This document shows positions 46,663 through 55,756 of a stretch of DNA of 64,000 nucleotides, in pieces. Where the stretch lies: the IMG/VR virus record IMGVR_UViG_3300044630_004416, positions 41,440 through 105,439 of that record; one strand, written 5' to 3'. The notes below the pieces were generated by a model. The model was given only the letters and a program-made list of their open reading frames with translations, was not told the origin of the DNA and made no database searches. The number at the start of each line of letters is the position of its first letter. The stretch's first letter is position 1. The position numbers were made by a program, and so were the translations under genes. The stretch is from a virus (lineage: Duplodnaviria > Heunggongvirae > Uroviricota > Caudoviricetes).

Positions 46663-46914
46663 TCAATACCATTGTGCCAGTCGTTCAGCCGCACGTTCCC
46701 TGGCTGCTGCACGACGGTCTGCCTTGACTTGCTCAGCATACTGGACAACGATGCCTTCCAGATTCTTGGGCATGTAGGCTCCCAGACCAGTGACAGGGGT
46801 GATAGTCATGCCCCTGCCGCTTCCAGGGCCGCCTCCAACGGCTACAGAGCCCTTTACGCCATCTGCACCGTTGCCGAGGTTGCCAATTGCTTTGTGTTGA
46901 TTGTGGAGTGCCAT
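46663..46914 (-). CDS. Gly-rich small protein in a local GC-rich patch (83 aa)
   Basis: GNLGNGADGVKGSVAVGGGPGSGRG. About 55% GC with G/C-ending codons. Directly downstream of the helicase gene. Confidence 0.45.
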   Translation of the reverse strand: MALHNQHKAIGNLGNGADGVKGSVAVGGGPGSGRGMTITPVTGLGAYMPKNLEGIVVQYAEQVKADRRAAARERAAERLAQWY

Positions 46915-46923
46915 AGTGAGAAA

Positions 46924-48222
46924 TCAGTCAACGTAATACTCAGGAGGGATGCCCTGCCTGAAAACAAAGTCTACCACACTTTGGAGCCGTTGCTGGGTGT
47001 TCTTACCATAATTTTTGTGAACAGGAACCGTGACAAACCCATGAGACTTGCGATAAGACATGTAATCTCCAGGGGTCAGGCGACCCTCAGCCATATCCTT
47101 AGCATCCTCACGGTCCACACGAATGACACGACCAATAGTTTGACACATTTCGATAACATTCAAATTTCGCATCAAAACACAGTGAGTCAGACCAGGACAG
47201 TTGATACCTTCACTGAGAATAGAATAATGAAACAATACAAACTTCTTGTGCTTGTTCAATCCCCACTGAGTCATAGTATCAAAGAATACTTCACGACTCA
47301 CTTTCTTGTCATTAACATATGCACCTTCTTTAGATGTGATGTGAAGAATATCATAACCACGTTGTTTGAATTGATGCATCACATCAGTACGAAACAACAT
47401 CTGACACAATACTTTGGTACTAGGTGCAGCGACAAGAAGCTTTTGTGCTTTACTATCATCCAGATTGTCTAGAATATCCAATAGAGTCTTGGCATCATGC
47501 TTAGCAGCATTATCTTTCTCACGCACACCATCAATTTCATGGACTTGCACCATGGGAGGAATGATGCTACCATTCTCGATTAACTCAGGTGCAGGAACAT
47601 TCTCGATAACTTGTCCAAACACAATAGAGTTATTCATGCCACGACCTTTAGGATTCTGAGACAATTTAGGTGTGGCAGTGAAATAGTATGCAGAGTCTGC
47701 ATGTTGAGACATCATTGCAGTAGAATAAAAGAAGTCTCGCTTACAGGCATTGTGAGCCTCATCAAAGTAGACTGTATCAATGTGTATTCCACTGTCAATA
47801 ATACGATGAAGAGAATGATAAGTAGTAAAAAGTAATTGGTGTTCATTGATTTGTTTAACCATGTTGTGAAACATGGTGATATGGTCAGGATTGGTAGAAG
47901 AAAAATGTTTAGTCTCTCCAGAGTGAACGTGAGCAACTATAACATTCTTGATTTCTTGTGTAAACTCTGCACATAGTTGATTCGCAAGAAGAATGCGAGG
48001 TGCAACAACAAGTGCAGTGAATGGCTTGGTTGATTCAGATAACCTACGAATCAGGTCACGAATCATAATCAGAGTTTTGCCGCCACCAGTAGGAACATAC
48101 ACCTGGCCCATGCGAACCAGCTCCATCTTGGTGAGACTGCGGCTTTGATGGGGGCGAAGCTTCATGGTCAAAACAGCGATGGGTCTACCATACCACGGCA
48201 GACCCAGGCTGTCAACCATCAC
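46924..48222 (-). CDS. SF2 DEAH-box helicase, UvsW-like core
   Basis: Motif I VPTGGGKT, Ia VVAPRILLANQL, II DEAH, III FTATP, VI QTIGRVIRV. 432 aa. Start overlaps the upstream 515-aa gene (ATGA). Confidence 0.75.
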   Translation of the reverse strand: MMVDSLGLPWYGRPIAVLTMKLRPHQSRSLTKMELVRMGQVYVPTGGGKTLIMIRDLIRRLSESTKPFTALVVAPRILLANQLCAEFTQEIKNVIVAHVHSGETKHFSSTNPDHITMFHNMVKQINEHQLLFTTYHSLHRIIDSGIHIDTVYFDEAHNACKRDFFYSTAMMSQHADSAYYFTATPKLSQNPKGRGMNNSIVFGQVIENVPAPELIENGSIIPPMVQVHEIDGVREKDNAAKHDAKTLLDILDNLDDSKAQKLLVAAPSTKVLCQMLFRTDVMHQFKQRGYDILHITSKEGAYVNDKKVSREVFFDTMTQWGLNKHKKFVLFHYSILSEGINCPGLTHCVLMRNLNVIEMCQTIGRVIRVDREDAKDMAEGRLTPGDYMSYRKSHGFVTVPVHKNYGKNTQQRLQSVVDFVFRQGIPPEYYVD

Positions 48223-49766
48223 ATCATAATAATGTGTGGAGCAGAAGTTACTGATACTTTTACTTCTTTATTTTTGTCAGTGAGTATTTTTTTACTCAAT
48301 GCATCTATTAATACATTTGATGCGGTTATTCCACCAAATGAACGTTTTGTAATTGCTCCAAATATAGTGAAAAATATCTGTTTCTTTAGATATAATCTAA
48401 ACTCTCTACCACCAGCAAGCCAGAAATATGACATCTGCAATGAAACATAATGATTAGATAAAATCTTTTCTGTTCTGATTATATCAATATTTGCAGTATA
48501 TCTTCCTTCTTCTCTGATTGATTTTACACATTCTCTTAAGTAACTATCAAGCAGTGCTACATTACCAATTTCTTCAAAATATGGTTCTACTACTTTCTTT
48601 AGTTCTTTATATGAATGAAATTGTCTTTTCTTTAAAAATGTTAATGCTTTTCTTCCTTCTGGTGTTGTTATATCGGATTCTTTTTGTACATCAGATACTT
48701 TTAAAAATGCAGCAACACGTTTTCTTGCTAGCATTTCCATTATTGTATTATAACCTGCATATGAAGATATCATTGGTTCTAATGTTTTTGGTGACATTCC
48801 AGCAACCCATGGAGTCTTTGCTGCAGCACCCTTTTTAATATCAAATTTACCATTATAACTTCCAGAACCACCAGATGGTAATGGTTCTAGATTAAATCTG
48901 TTATCTTCAAACTGTTTATTTATTTTTGTATAGTTAAAATCAAATACTAATTTCCAACTAGATGAATCTAAGTTTTCTCTGATGTTCCATAGATTATATT
49001 TGACATCAATTACTTCATCAATTAATCGTTGCACTTCGGCTGGTCTTTTATCTTTAAGAAGAAGCACAAATTGTGAATATGGGTCAATATGTTTACTATC
49101 ATATTTTCCTAATTTTCTTATATTACCAGCTATTTTGACAGTCGGCACACTTGATTTTGTAGATAACATTTTATGAGACACACCAATTAAATCTTGAGAT
49201 TTAAAAAGTTTTGCCATCATATGTTCATATGTTTTATCTTTATTTTTGTGATAGTTAATTAATATTTCTTGGTCACTTTTAACGTTTAAAATATTATCTT
49301 TGAATTGCTTTTCAATATCATTTTTTTCTGCATAATTTACTATAAAAAAGTCCACTGGTGATAGAATCTGTGCATCACCTTTTATATCAAATACTTGTTT
49401 TATTTTCTTTAAACAAGAATCTTTAACTGTTTTTGTGAATGAACTACTTTGTGTGTAAATTCTATAATTCTTTCTTTTGGATATAATTCCAGAATGATAT
49501 AATTTTTCAATTTGTTTGTATGCAACTACAACATGAGCGTGTGATGCATTTTTTGTATAACTATATGATGTTTTAATTGCATTATAATCAAAACCATATT
49601 CTAAGTAAGATTTATACTTTGACTTTACATCATTAACCTTCATATCATTAAATAAATTTTCCCACAATTTAAAATGTTCTGGGTCTCCTTTTCTTTCTGG
49701 TCTAGTATCCATGAAATAAGCAAAAGCTAAGCACATTAAATTTTCTTTTGCTGTAGTTGCTGCCAT
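48219..49766 (-). CDS. very AT-rich Lys/Asn/Ile-rich hypothetical protein (515 aa), ORFan coupled to helicase
   Basis: About 27% GC against about 42% in flanking genes. No motif I recognise. Translationally coupled to the helicase. Confidence 0.55.
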   Translation of the reverse strand: MAATTAKENLMCLAFAYFMDTRPERKGDPEHFKLWENLFNDMKVNDVKSKYKSYLEYGFDYNAIKTSYSYTKNASHAHVVVAYKQIEKLYHSGIISKRKNYRIYTQSSSFTKTVKDSCLKKIKQVFDIKGDAQILSPVDFFIVNYAEKNDIEKQFKDNILNVKSDQEILINYHKNKDKTYEHMMAKLFKSQDLIGVSHKMLSTKSSVPTVKIAGNIRKLGKYDSKHIDPYSQFVLLLKDKRPAEVQRLIDEVIDVKYNLWNIRENLDSSSWKLVFDFNYTKINKQFEDNRFNLEPLPSGGSGSYNGKFDIKKGAAAKTPWVAGMSPKTLEPMISSYAGYNTIMEMLARKRVAAFLKVSDVQKESDITTPEGRKALTFLKKRQFHSYKELKKVVEPYFEEIGNVALLDSYLRECVKSIREEGRYTANIDIIRTEKILSNHYVSLQMSYFWLAGGREFRLYLKKQIFFTIFGAITKRSFGGITASNVLIDALSKKILTDKNKEVKVSVTSAPHIIMM

Positions 49767-49793
49767 GAGAATACTTTGATTTTAAGTATTTAG

Positions 49794-49819
49794 AAAAAAA
49801 GAGGGGCTTTCGCCCCTCT
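49794..49819 (-). terminator. rho-independent terminator
   Basis: AGAGGGGC-TTTC-GCCCCTCT hairpin followed on the minus strand by a T7 run. Sits directly after the stop of gene 49823..50056. Confidence 0.7.
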
Positions 49820-49822
49820 AAA

Positions 49823-50056
49823 TCATTCATAAGTTTTTACTACTTCCTCAGTCTTCGGACCTTTACCGTTGATGTGATTATCCAACCAACGCTCAACAGC
49901 ATTCAAATCCACATCATATGAATCATATGTTGAAATGAAAGGATGAAAGCGAAGGTCAATCCACACACCAAAGATATTACGTTGAGCGTAATACCAATCC
50001 CACCTAGTAATGTCACCAAGAGTATTGGTGTTACGTTTTACGATACGGTATTTCAT
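49823..50056 (-). CDS. hypothetical small protein
   Basis: 77-aa ORF. Confidence 0.5.
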   Translation of the reverse strand: MKYRIVKRNTNTLGDITRWDWYYAQRNIFGVWIDLRFHPFISTYDSYDVDLNAVERWLDNHINGKGPKTEEVVKTYE

Positions 50057-50058
50057 AA

Positions 50059-50874
50059 TCAGTTAGCGAGTCCGCCAGGCAGGAAGTCCATCTTAGCACC
50101 GTTGATGATAACCATTTTCTGGATGCTACCATTCTCAAACGCTGCTTTCAGGATTTCGTTACGCTGATACTCCAGAGATTGAGTAGTCACAGTAGAAGCA
50201 AGTGCTTTGTTTTCTTCTGCTTTCAGTTGAGCAGTACGAGTCTTAACTTCCTGTTCTTTGTTAGCAGATTGAGCAGCAACCACACGGTTTACAGAAGCAA
50301 CCAGTTGGTCAGGCAGGTCTGCCTTCACAACCACCACAGATTCAATATCAATCTTACCAGCGAGGTTGTTCTTCTCCAGAGACAGATTCAGATTCTGTTT
50401 GATAGTCTCTTGGATTTTATCCAGACTGCTGTTCACTTCCAGAGCAGGGTATTCGTCAACCGATTGGTTCACAGCAGACGTAATCAGACGCTTGATGAAA
50501 CTCGCCATCAGTTCAATCTGACCGTTCTCACTTACACCGTGGTTAGTAATATCGTAACCAGTGTAGAAGTTATAGAGAGAAGTAGGAGCGAGACTGTAGG
50601 TAACAACCACATCCATATCTTTCATGATGGTGTTGTCTTTAGTCTTGGGAGTCAGGTCACTCGATTGTACCGTAATCTTACGAGTGTTGAAGACTTTGAT
50701 ACTACCAAAGCCATCATATTTAATGCCAGGAGTCAGCACTTCATTCTTCACCTGACCATCAAATCCCACATAGAGACCATTTTCACCAGTGTTGATGGTA
50801 GTAAACTGCCCCGCAGTCAGAATCAGAGCAACGAGAACACCACCAGCGCCAAGAACGATTTTTCCAGTAGACAT
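50059..50874 (-). CDS. SPFH/band-7 (prohibitin/HflC-like) membrane protein
   Basis: N-terminal TM (IVLGAGGVLVALILTAG). Then NTGENGLYVGFDGQVKNEVLTPGIKY...TKDNTIMKDMDVVVTYSL matches the SPFH core pattern. Coiled-coil C-terminus. 271 aa. Confidence 0.6.
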   Translation of the reverse strand: MSTGKIVLGAGGVLVALILTAGQFTTINTGENGLYVGFDGQVKNEVLTPGIKYDGFGSIKVFNTRKITVQSSDLTPKTKDNTIMKDMDVVVTYSLAPTSLYNFYTGYDITNHGVSENGQIELMASFIKRLITSAVNQSVDEYPALEVNSSLDKIQETIKQNLNLSLEKNNLAGKIDIESVVVVKADLPDQLVASVNRVVAAQSANKEQEVKTRTAQLKAEENKALASTVTTQSLEYQRNEILKAAFENGSIQKMVIINGAKMDFLPGGLAN

Positions 50875-50903
50875 AATTTAAATAGGGGATAAAGGATAAA
50901 GAA

Positions 50904-51065
50904 TCAGTCAGAAGTAAGACCAGCGTAGATAAACGCTACTCCTACGATGAGAATGAGAATGAGAGGCAGCATCTTCATGAAGAAGAGAACAGGGATGCCT
51001 CTCGCTAAGAGAACGAGCAGGATAAGAAATACACCTGCTCCAGTACCAAGAATGCGTCCTATCAT
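50904..51065 (-). CDS. small hydrophobic membrane peptide (53 aa)
   Basis: Manual translation MIGRILGTGAGVFLILLVLLARGIPVLFFMKMLPLILILIVGVAFIYAGLTSD. Confidence 0.35.
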   Translation of the reverse strand: MIGRILGTGAGVFLILLVLLARGIPVLFFMKMLPLILILIVGVAFIYAGLTSD

Positions 51066-51067
51066 GA

Positions 51068-51250
51068 TTAATCTTCGTAAATCATACCTTCCATTTGACT
51101 GGAGATTTGTAGTAAGTCATTGATTAGTTGTTTATTTTCTTCTTCAAGAGCTTCAATTTGTTTCTTGAGTTCTTGATTCTCTGCATAGAGGCACATTGCA
51201 TCTAGCTGCTCATCTGTGTATTTGTCAGATTTAATAGTGAATTCATTCAT
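51068..51250 (-). CDS. small coiled-coil protein
   Basis: 60-aa ORF. Confidence 0.45.
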   Translation of the reverse strand: MNEFTIKSDKYTDEQLDAMCLYAENQELKKQIEALEEENKQLINDLLQISSQMEGMIYED

Positions 51251-51400
51251 TTTAAGCCGACCTCTTTGAGATAATCATGGTAACGCATAAATCGTGTGAG
51301 TGATGGATGTCCTGGTGGGTTCAAGCTCCAACAGCACTCAGTATAGGAGAGAAACTCGTACCAAGGCGTGGTTGGGTCCAGAACATGAACTGGCACAGTG

Positions 51401-51637
51401 TCAGAGTTTTCCACCTACTGTACCCTCATATTTTGTACTTTCATTAAAACCTTCTTGTTTACCTTTAAGATAGAATCTTGTTGCAGCGATGCAAGATTCT
51501 TGTGTGAGAGAAGTAATAAGTGGGTCCCCATTCTTATGAAAACTCTTCCAAGTTTTCCAGCGAGACTGCTCAACACGAAATTCATCGTCAATCCACTCCA
51601 CTTCTGCAATTTCAGGATGCTCGTTTTGGTTTGTCAT
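51401..51637 (-). CDS. hypothetical small protein
   Basis: 78-aa ORF. Confidence 0.45.
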   Translation of the reverse strand: MTNQNEHPEIAEVEWIDDEFRVEQSRWKTWKSFHKNGDPLITSLTQESCIAATRFYLKGKQEGFNESTKYEGTVGGKL

Positions 51638-51972
51638 TCAAACTCTCCTGTGCGATTCTTGATTGTTCCTGTGCGATAAACGCCCTCAATTCTGGTGTTT
51701 CCTGCCATTCCCAGACTGTTCCATCTTTCTGAGTATGTGTTTTCTGAATTGTTTGAATTTTCATAGATTTCTACCTCAACATTAATTTCTCTATCATTCC
51801 AGTGTCGAATTACACCAGCTACAATAAAGCAGTTGGTGATAAGATATGTAGTAAAGATTATAGTTCTAACTACGGCTACTTTGTCTGCTACTTGGTCTTT
51901 TTTGTGTGCTTTTTCTCCTAGTGCGAGTGCCCAGAGGTGCCACAGTGATTTCAGTGGGGTCATTTGGTTCAA
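51634..51972 (-). CDS. membrane protein (112 aa)
   Basis: Hydrophobic segment IIFTTYLITNCFIVAGVI. Overlaps the next ORF by about 100 nt, so the start is uncertain. Confidence 0.4.
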   Translation of the reverse strand: MNQMTPLKSLWHLWALALGEKAHKKDQVADKVAVVRTIIFTTYLITNCFIVAGVIRHWNDREINVEVEIYENSNNSENTYSERWNSLGMAGNTRIEGVYRTGTIKNRTGEFE

Positions 51973-52177
51973 AAAATGTTTCTAATGATGAAAATAATTC
52001 TTTCTTTTGTTTTTTTGGAGATTTGCCAGTAAGGGTTTGAATATGTCCATCAATTGGTTTGTATCTCTCTATGTATTTTTGTAGATGTTCCTCACAGCTA
52101 AACCAACAAGTTTTAGTTTCAGAACCATCTTTATGTTCTAGTCTATATGGAAACCCATCATATGGAAAGTCTGTCAT
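51866..52177 (-). CDS. hypothetical protein with basic low-complexity tail
   Basis: 103-aa ORF. The C-terminal RTRRKSTQKRPSSRQSSRS may be an out-of-frame extension. Confidence 0.4.
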   Translation of the reverse strand: MTDFPYDGFPYRLEHKDGSETKTCWFSCEEHLQKYIERYKPIDGHIQTLTGKSPKKQKKELFSSLETFFEPNDPTEITVAPLGTRTRRKSTQKRPSSRQSSRS

Positions 52178-52557
52178 CGAAGTATTTCTACATGTGTAAT
52201 TTTACCTAGTTTAAAACAAATACTGCATCGTGGCCATTGCTCCCATTCTTGATTAGGATTTTGCTCAGGATAAACTTCAATACAATCTGTAATGTATACA
52301 GGTCGAACTTTACCGTGATTGCCATTAGGAATCCATTTAAATCTTTCCCATGGCATCAAATCTTCATCATCTAATTCTATAAAGTCTGCAGCCATATAAT
52401 CATCAATTTCATATAGCTCTCCTGCAGGAGTAATCCAATACTCAGTCATAGTATTAGACAGTCCTTTAGTTTGCAGAGTATTCTTGTTAAAATGCTCATT
52501 GATTGGAAACGCACAATGAATGCGGTCAAACATTCCCATGATAATTCCACCCCTCAA
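52174..52557 (-). CDS. hypothetical protein (127 aa)
   Basis: ORF. Confidence 0.5.
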   Translation of the reverse strand: MRGGIIMGMFDRIHCAFPINEHFNKNTLQTKGLSNTMTEYWITPAGELYEIDDYMAADFIELDDEDLMPWERFKWIPNGNHGKVRPVYITDCIEVYPEQNPNQEWEQWPRCSICFKLGKITHVEILR

Positions 52558-52807
52558 AGTAATCAGACAACAAATTAAAACTCAACCCAACCTTACCAAC
52601 TTGAAAATCTGCTCCAAAAAGATGAGAAGAAGTAAAAAATGAGAGTAGGATGTGCAATCCACCATTACAATGAATTAAACGAGTTGGGTATTCATAATGA
52701 ACCCAGAGTAATGAACGATTGTTGATGATACCAAACTGCCAAGTGTAGTCAGTATCACCATCGTCCCACACTTTTTTATCGTATTGGAAGAGTTTCATCA
52801 CATCCAC
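52526..52807 (-). CDS. hypothetical protein (93 aa)
   Basis: ORF. Confidence 0.45.
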   Translation of the reverse strand: MDVMKLFQYDKKVWDDGDTDYTWQFGIINNRSLLWVHYEYPTRLIHCNGGLHILLSFFTSSHLFGADFQVGKVGLSFNLLSDYFEGWNYHGNV

Positions 52808-53025
52808 TCCCTCAAATCAACAATTTCATACCACTCATACTCCGAACCTCTTATACTATGCTTTGAAACCATTTCATCACCGAACTTCTTGCTATGATAC
52901 TTTGGAACTTTAACACTAATCACTTCTTCCTTTGCTTCTTCATAAGTTTCAAAGCAGGCAATCCAATCACCAGTTCCATAAGAAGGATAATACTGGTCCC
53001 CAGCAATCAAAAGATAAGGTTTCAT
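52798..53025 (-). CDS. hypothetical small protein
   Basis: 75-aa ORF. Confidence 0.45.
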   Translation of the reverse strand: MKPYLLIAGDQYYPSYGTGDWIACFETYEEAKEEVISVKVPKYHSKKFGDEMVSKHSIRGSEYEWYEIVDLREWM

Positions 53026-53165
53026 TTCCTCACCTCACAAGCAGGAGTCATATCAACTAAAGTTGCGGCAAGTTTCAATCCACCAAGCACCGCAGTTGGA
53101 GCAATAAAAATCAACAACAGAATGCCAAGTGGAATGGCAACATATTCCTCAAAAAAACTTTTCAT
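53022..53165 (-). CDS. small membrane peptide (47 aa)
   Basis: Manual translation MKSFFEEYVAIPLGILLLIFIAPTAVLGGLKLAATLVDMTPACEVRK. ATGA overlaps on both sides. Confidence 0.35.
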   Translation of the reverse strand: MKSFFEEYVAIPLGILLLIFIAPTAVLGGLKLAATLVDMTPACEVRK

Positions 53166-53344
53166 CGTGGCACTCCACCATTATAAGGTTTGTTGTAAGT
53201 AATATACTGAGTTTTCAACTCAACATCAAAGTAATCAATATCAGGGTATTTTTCCCTGACATAGGTTTTACATTCCTCACGGGTGGAAAATCCACAGAGG
53301 ATTTTACCTTCGTAGATTGCGGTTTCAATTGCTTCAATCATCAC
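53162..53344 (-). CDS. small Cys-containing protein, paralog 1
   Basis: MMIEAIETAIYEGKILCGFSTREECKTYVREKYPDIDYFDVELKTQY is paralogous to the gene at 58914..59090. Confidence 0.5.
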   Translation of the reverse strand: MMIEAIETAIYEGKILCGFSTREECKTYVREKYPDIDYFDVELKTQYITYNKPYNGGVPR

Positions 53345-53622
53345 AATAACTCCATTTTACAATTACCATTTACATCATAAACCACTTTGACTTGAAACTC
53401 TTGGGTTGAGTTTGAATTCCAAAAAGCATCTTTGAACTCTTCAGTTTCTTTCTCTGGATACTTGGGAAAATAAAATCCACTTTCATCAAGTTCATTACAT
53501 TCAATATCACCCAGATAATGAAGGTTCAGGTATCGGGCAAGTTGTTGCTTTTGTTGATAGGTAAGTTGAATTTTGACAGTTGTGATGAATTCGTTTGATA
53601 CTGGGAGTTCTTCGTTAATCAT
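53341..53622 (-). CDS. hypothetical protein (93 aa, start re-assigned)
   Basis: The track ORF 53341..53700 overlaps the upstream gene by 82 nt. The internal ATG at 53622 gives an ATGA overlap and MINEELPVSNEF... Confidence 0.45.
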   Translation of the reverse strand: MINEELPVSNEFITTVKIQLTYQQKQQLARYLNLHYLGDIECNELDESGFYFPKYPEKETEEFKDAFWNSNSTQEFQVKVVYDVNGNCKMELL

Positions 53623-53879
53623 TCTACAATTAAACAATAACGACATTGGAAAGCAAAAGTTTCTTTTTGCCAAGTTTTCTTCACACCATTTTCTTCCCAA
53701 GAATACACAACTTCATACCAAGGGTCTGTGCTCCCATAAGAATTGAGACCTTCAACGGTCACATAACCTTTAGAACCATCTGCCCGTGCCCAACGAGAAC
53801 CAACTTGGATTTCGTGTGGTTTGAAGAAATGACGGACAACTGCTTTACGTCCATCTATGATTTCAGTTTCGTAGTTCAT
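53619..53879 (-). CDS. hypothetical protein (86 aa)
   Basis: ORF. Confidence 0.45.
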   Translation of the reverse strand: MNYETEIIDGRKAVVRHFFKPHEIQVGSRWARADGSKGYVTVEGLNSYGSTDPWYEVVYSWEENGVKKTWQKETFAFQCRYCLIVE

Positions 53880-54931
53880 CGGTCTTTATGCTTCAGTAGA
53901 TACGAGTTGGCAATTGCCTTGAAAGTAAAAGCACTCCAAAAAGATTTGAATACCAAACCTTCACGTTTTGTTTGAGGATTCAGTGATGGACCTTCAGCAA
54001 ACTCCAGAAGTTCATCAATAGTGCTGAGGTTCTTAGTAAGTTCAAAACATGGTTCAATAATAGGAACATGCTCAATATCAGCACCAGCTCGTTTTAGTTG
54101 GTCAAGAACAGCATAGCGTTCAAATGGAGTCATATAACGACTTTCAGTGATACTATAAATGTCAAACAGATAGAACCGTTGACCTTTGAGTTTCTCTGGA
54201 TTGCCCTGAATACCCTCACCAATCAATTCGCCTTGAATGGCATATTCTTCACCTTTTTCTTTAGAGAGTTCAAGAAGTGGTTCAATGATATTCTGCTCTC
54301 GTGCTGCTTTCCAGAAACTATTACCCTCAGTTTCCTTCAGGTCAATATTCCTGGAACACACACCAACCTCACCATCTTTAATGTAGATAGTGGTGCTACT
54401 GCCATCAAGTTTAGTAGTCACTTCATAAGTATTATCTTTATAAGTTTCAAAGATGTCTTTACGAAGATTCTGACAACGTTCTTGGTCAGTTTTAGGAATG
54501 AAGTGTGGGAAGTTACCCTTCATTGTGCCCTGAAGTTGAGCAGGGATAGGTGGTTCCCACTTCTGAATATTCAAAATATGAGATACATCTTCACCTACAG
54601 AAGCATCATTAGCAATAGAACCAAGACAATTCAGTGGCAGTAGCAGCCCCTGACTTACTTGACCACGAAGTTTAACAGTACGAAGACGTTCACCCTTCAC
54701 ACCATTATATTCACGAGGTTCTTTCCCACTGCTGAGAAATGGAGCGAGTTCATGAGGAACCCAACTATCAATCTCAAAATATACAGCAGTATCTCCAATC
54801 TTATATTCATCTTTTTTGACCACTACAGGCCAACCACCATCAACGATGGCACACTCAATAGCATCAGCACCTTCAATAGGCTTGATGTATGTGATAGGTC
54901 GAATCGAGGCAAGTTTACGCACAGTGTTCAT
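53876..54931 (-). CDS. RNA ligase, nucleotidyltransferase KxDG type (DraRnl/Rnl2-superfamily-like)
   Basis: Motif I TTKLDGSS, motif IV REGLVFK, motif V KAIANSYLLKHKD. N-terminal beta-rich extension. 351 aa. Last gene of the RNA-repair cassette. Confidence 0.55.
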   Translation of the reverse strand: MNTVRKLASIRPITYIKPIEGADAIECAIVDGGWPVVVKKDEYKIGDTAVYFEIDSWVPHELAPFLSSGKEPREYNGVKGERLRTVKLRGQVSQGLLLPLNCLGSIANDASVGEDVSHILNIQKWEPPIPAQLQGTMKGNFPHFIPKTDQERCQNLRKDIFETYKDNTYEVTTKLDGSSTTIYIKDGEVGVCSRNIDLKETEGNSFWKAAREQNIIEPLLELSKEKGEEYAIQGELIGEGIQGNPEKLKGQRFYLFDIYSITESRYMTPFERYAVLDQLKRAGADIEHVPIIEPCFELTKNLSTIDELLEFAEGPSLNPQTKREGLVFKSFWSAFTFKAIANSYLLKHKDR

Positions 54932-55404
54932 CAGAAGTCTCCTTTGCCCTGGGCAACGTCAAAAGTAAATATACCACGGTCCTGCCACATTGTCAAGACC
55001 CTCTTGCGGTCATCAAAAACTGCAAAGATTTGATACTGTTCTTCAATTATATCAGCAATCTCTGCTTTTACAATAGCATCATCACGATGGTCCTTATACT
55101 TTCTCATATAAAGAGCATTATAATCATCAGTAAATATATTATGTTTTTCCAGCCATTCTACAGTCACATCACGATAATCATCAGAACGACCACTCACAAA
55201 GAAAACAGGAAAGAAATACTTCAATGCATGAAACATTGCAAGCACTTGCTTTACAGGTTTGTCTTGACTAATTCCTTTGTTCCATGCATCCCAATTTCTT
55301 GGCTTGGTTGCAACAAATTGACGACGATGTTTTACATCACAAAGAGTACCATCAAGGTCAAAAATGATGCACTTTTCTTTAGGAGTATTCGTAGAGGAAT
55401 CCAT
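54931..55404 (-). CDS. HAD-family polynucleotide 3'-phosphatase (T4 Pnkp C-terminal domain homolog, stand-alone)
   Basis: IIFDLDGTLCD, FVSGRSDDY and FDDRKRVLTMWQDRGIFTFDVAQGKGDF align with T4 Pnk VIFDVDGTLAK, VVSGRESGT and [26 protein letters not shown]. Confidence 0.75.
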   Translation of the reverse strand: MDSSTNTPKEKCIIFDLDGTLCDVKHRRQFVATKPRNWDAWNKGISQDKPVKQVLAMFHALKYFFPVFFVSGRSDDYRDVTVEWLEKHNIFTDDYNALYMRKYKDHRDDAIVKAEIADIIEEQYQIFAVFDDRKRVLTMWQDRGIFTFDVAQGKGDF

Positions 55405-55756
55405 GATTAGTAGTATAATGAATGTGAGTGATACCTGCTTCTTTTAGTGCAAGTTCACAAATAGGACATGGGCGAGCCATTCGTAGTTTACCCTGTGGAT
55501 TGACCCTAGCAACAATCACAGTGTCAACTTCTTCACGACACTTAACAAGTGCTGCAATCTCTGCATGAAGGTAAATCTTTTCTTTCAGTCCTACACGCTC
55601 TGCAAACTTTGCTTGAAGAGGATGCGATTTAGTTTCAAGATTAGTTGCACTTACAATTACTTTATTTTTGTTAAGCAAAAGTGCTCCCACTTGTTTTTTA
55701 GAAGGAGAACTCTTTGCAGTTGCAATTGCTTGGTCAAATACCGAGTCAGAAATCAT
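55379..55756 (-). CDS. CDA-fold zinc deaminase (cytidine/dCMP/tRNA-adenosine deaminase-like), 125 aa
   Basis: LHAEIAAL followed by PCPICE gives the H-A-E...P-C-x2-C zinc-binding signature. Inserted between the kinase and phosphatase ORFs. Confidence 0.6.
   Translation of the reverse strand: MISDSVFDQAIATAKSSPSKKQVGALLLNKNKVIVSATNLETKSHPLQAKFAERVGLKEKIYLHAEIAALVKCREEVDTVIVARVNPQGKLRMARPCPICELALKEAGITHIHYTTNHGFLYEYS

Noticed and set aside
46660-47472. 270-aa plus-strand ORF, plus other long plus-strand ORFs (37998..38645, 50179..50892, 54098..54643, 55030..55410, 58423..58815, 63205..63594)
   Set aside because: Each is antisense to a well-supported minus-strand gene (helicase, 222-aa Cys protein, SPFH, RNA ligase and others). 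Products are low-complexity or stop-poor by chance, with no motif support.
51250-51414. Possible GTG-initiated about 49-aa ORF filling the 150-nt gap between 51068..51250 and 51401..51637
   Set aside because: There is no ATG in frame, only GTG/TTG starts. It ends with an ATGA-type overlap onto the downstream gene (plausible), but it is kept out of the feature list for lack of start-codon evidence.
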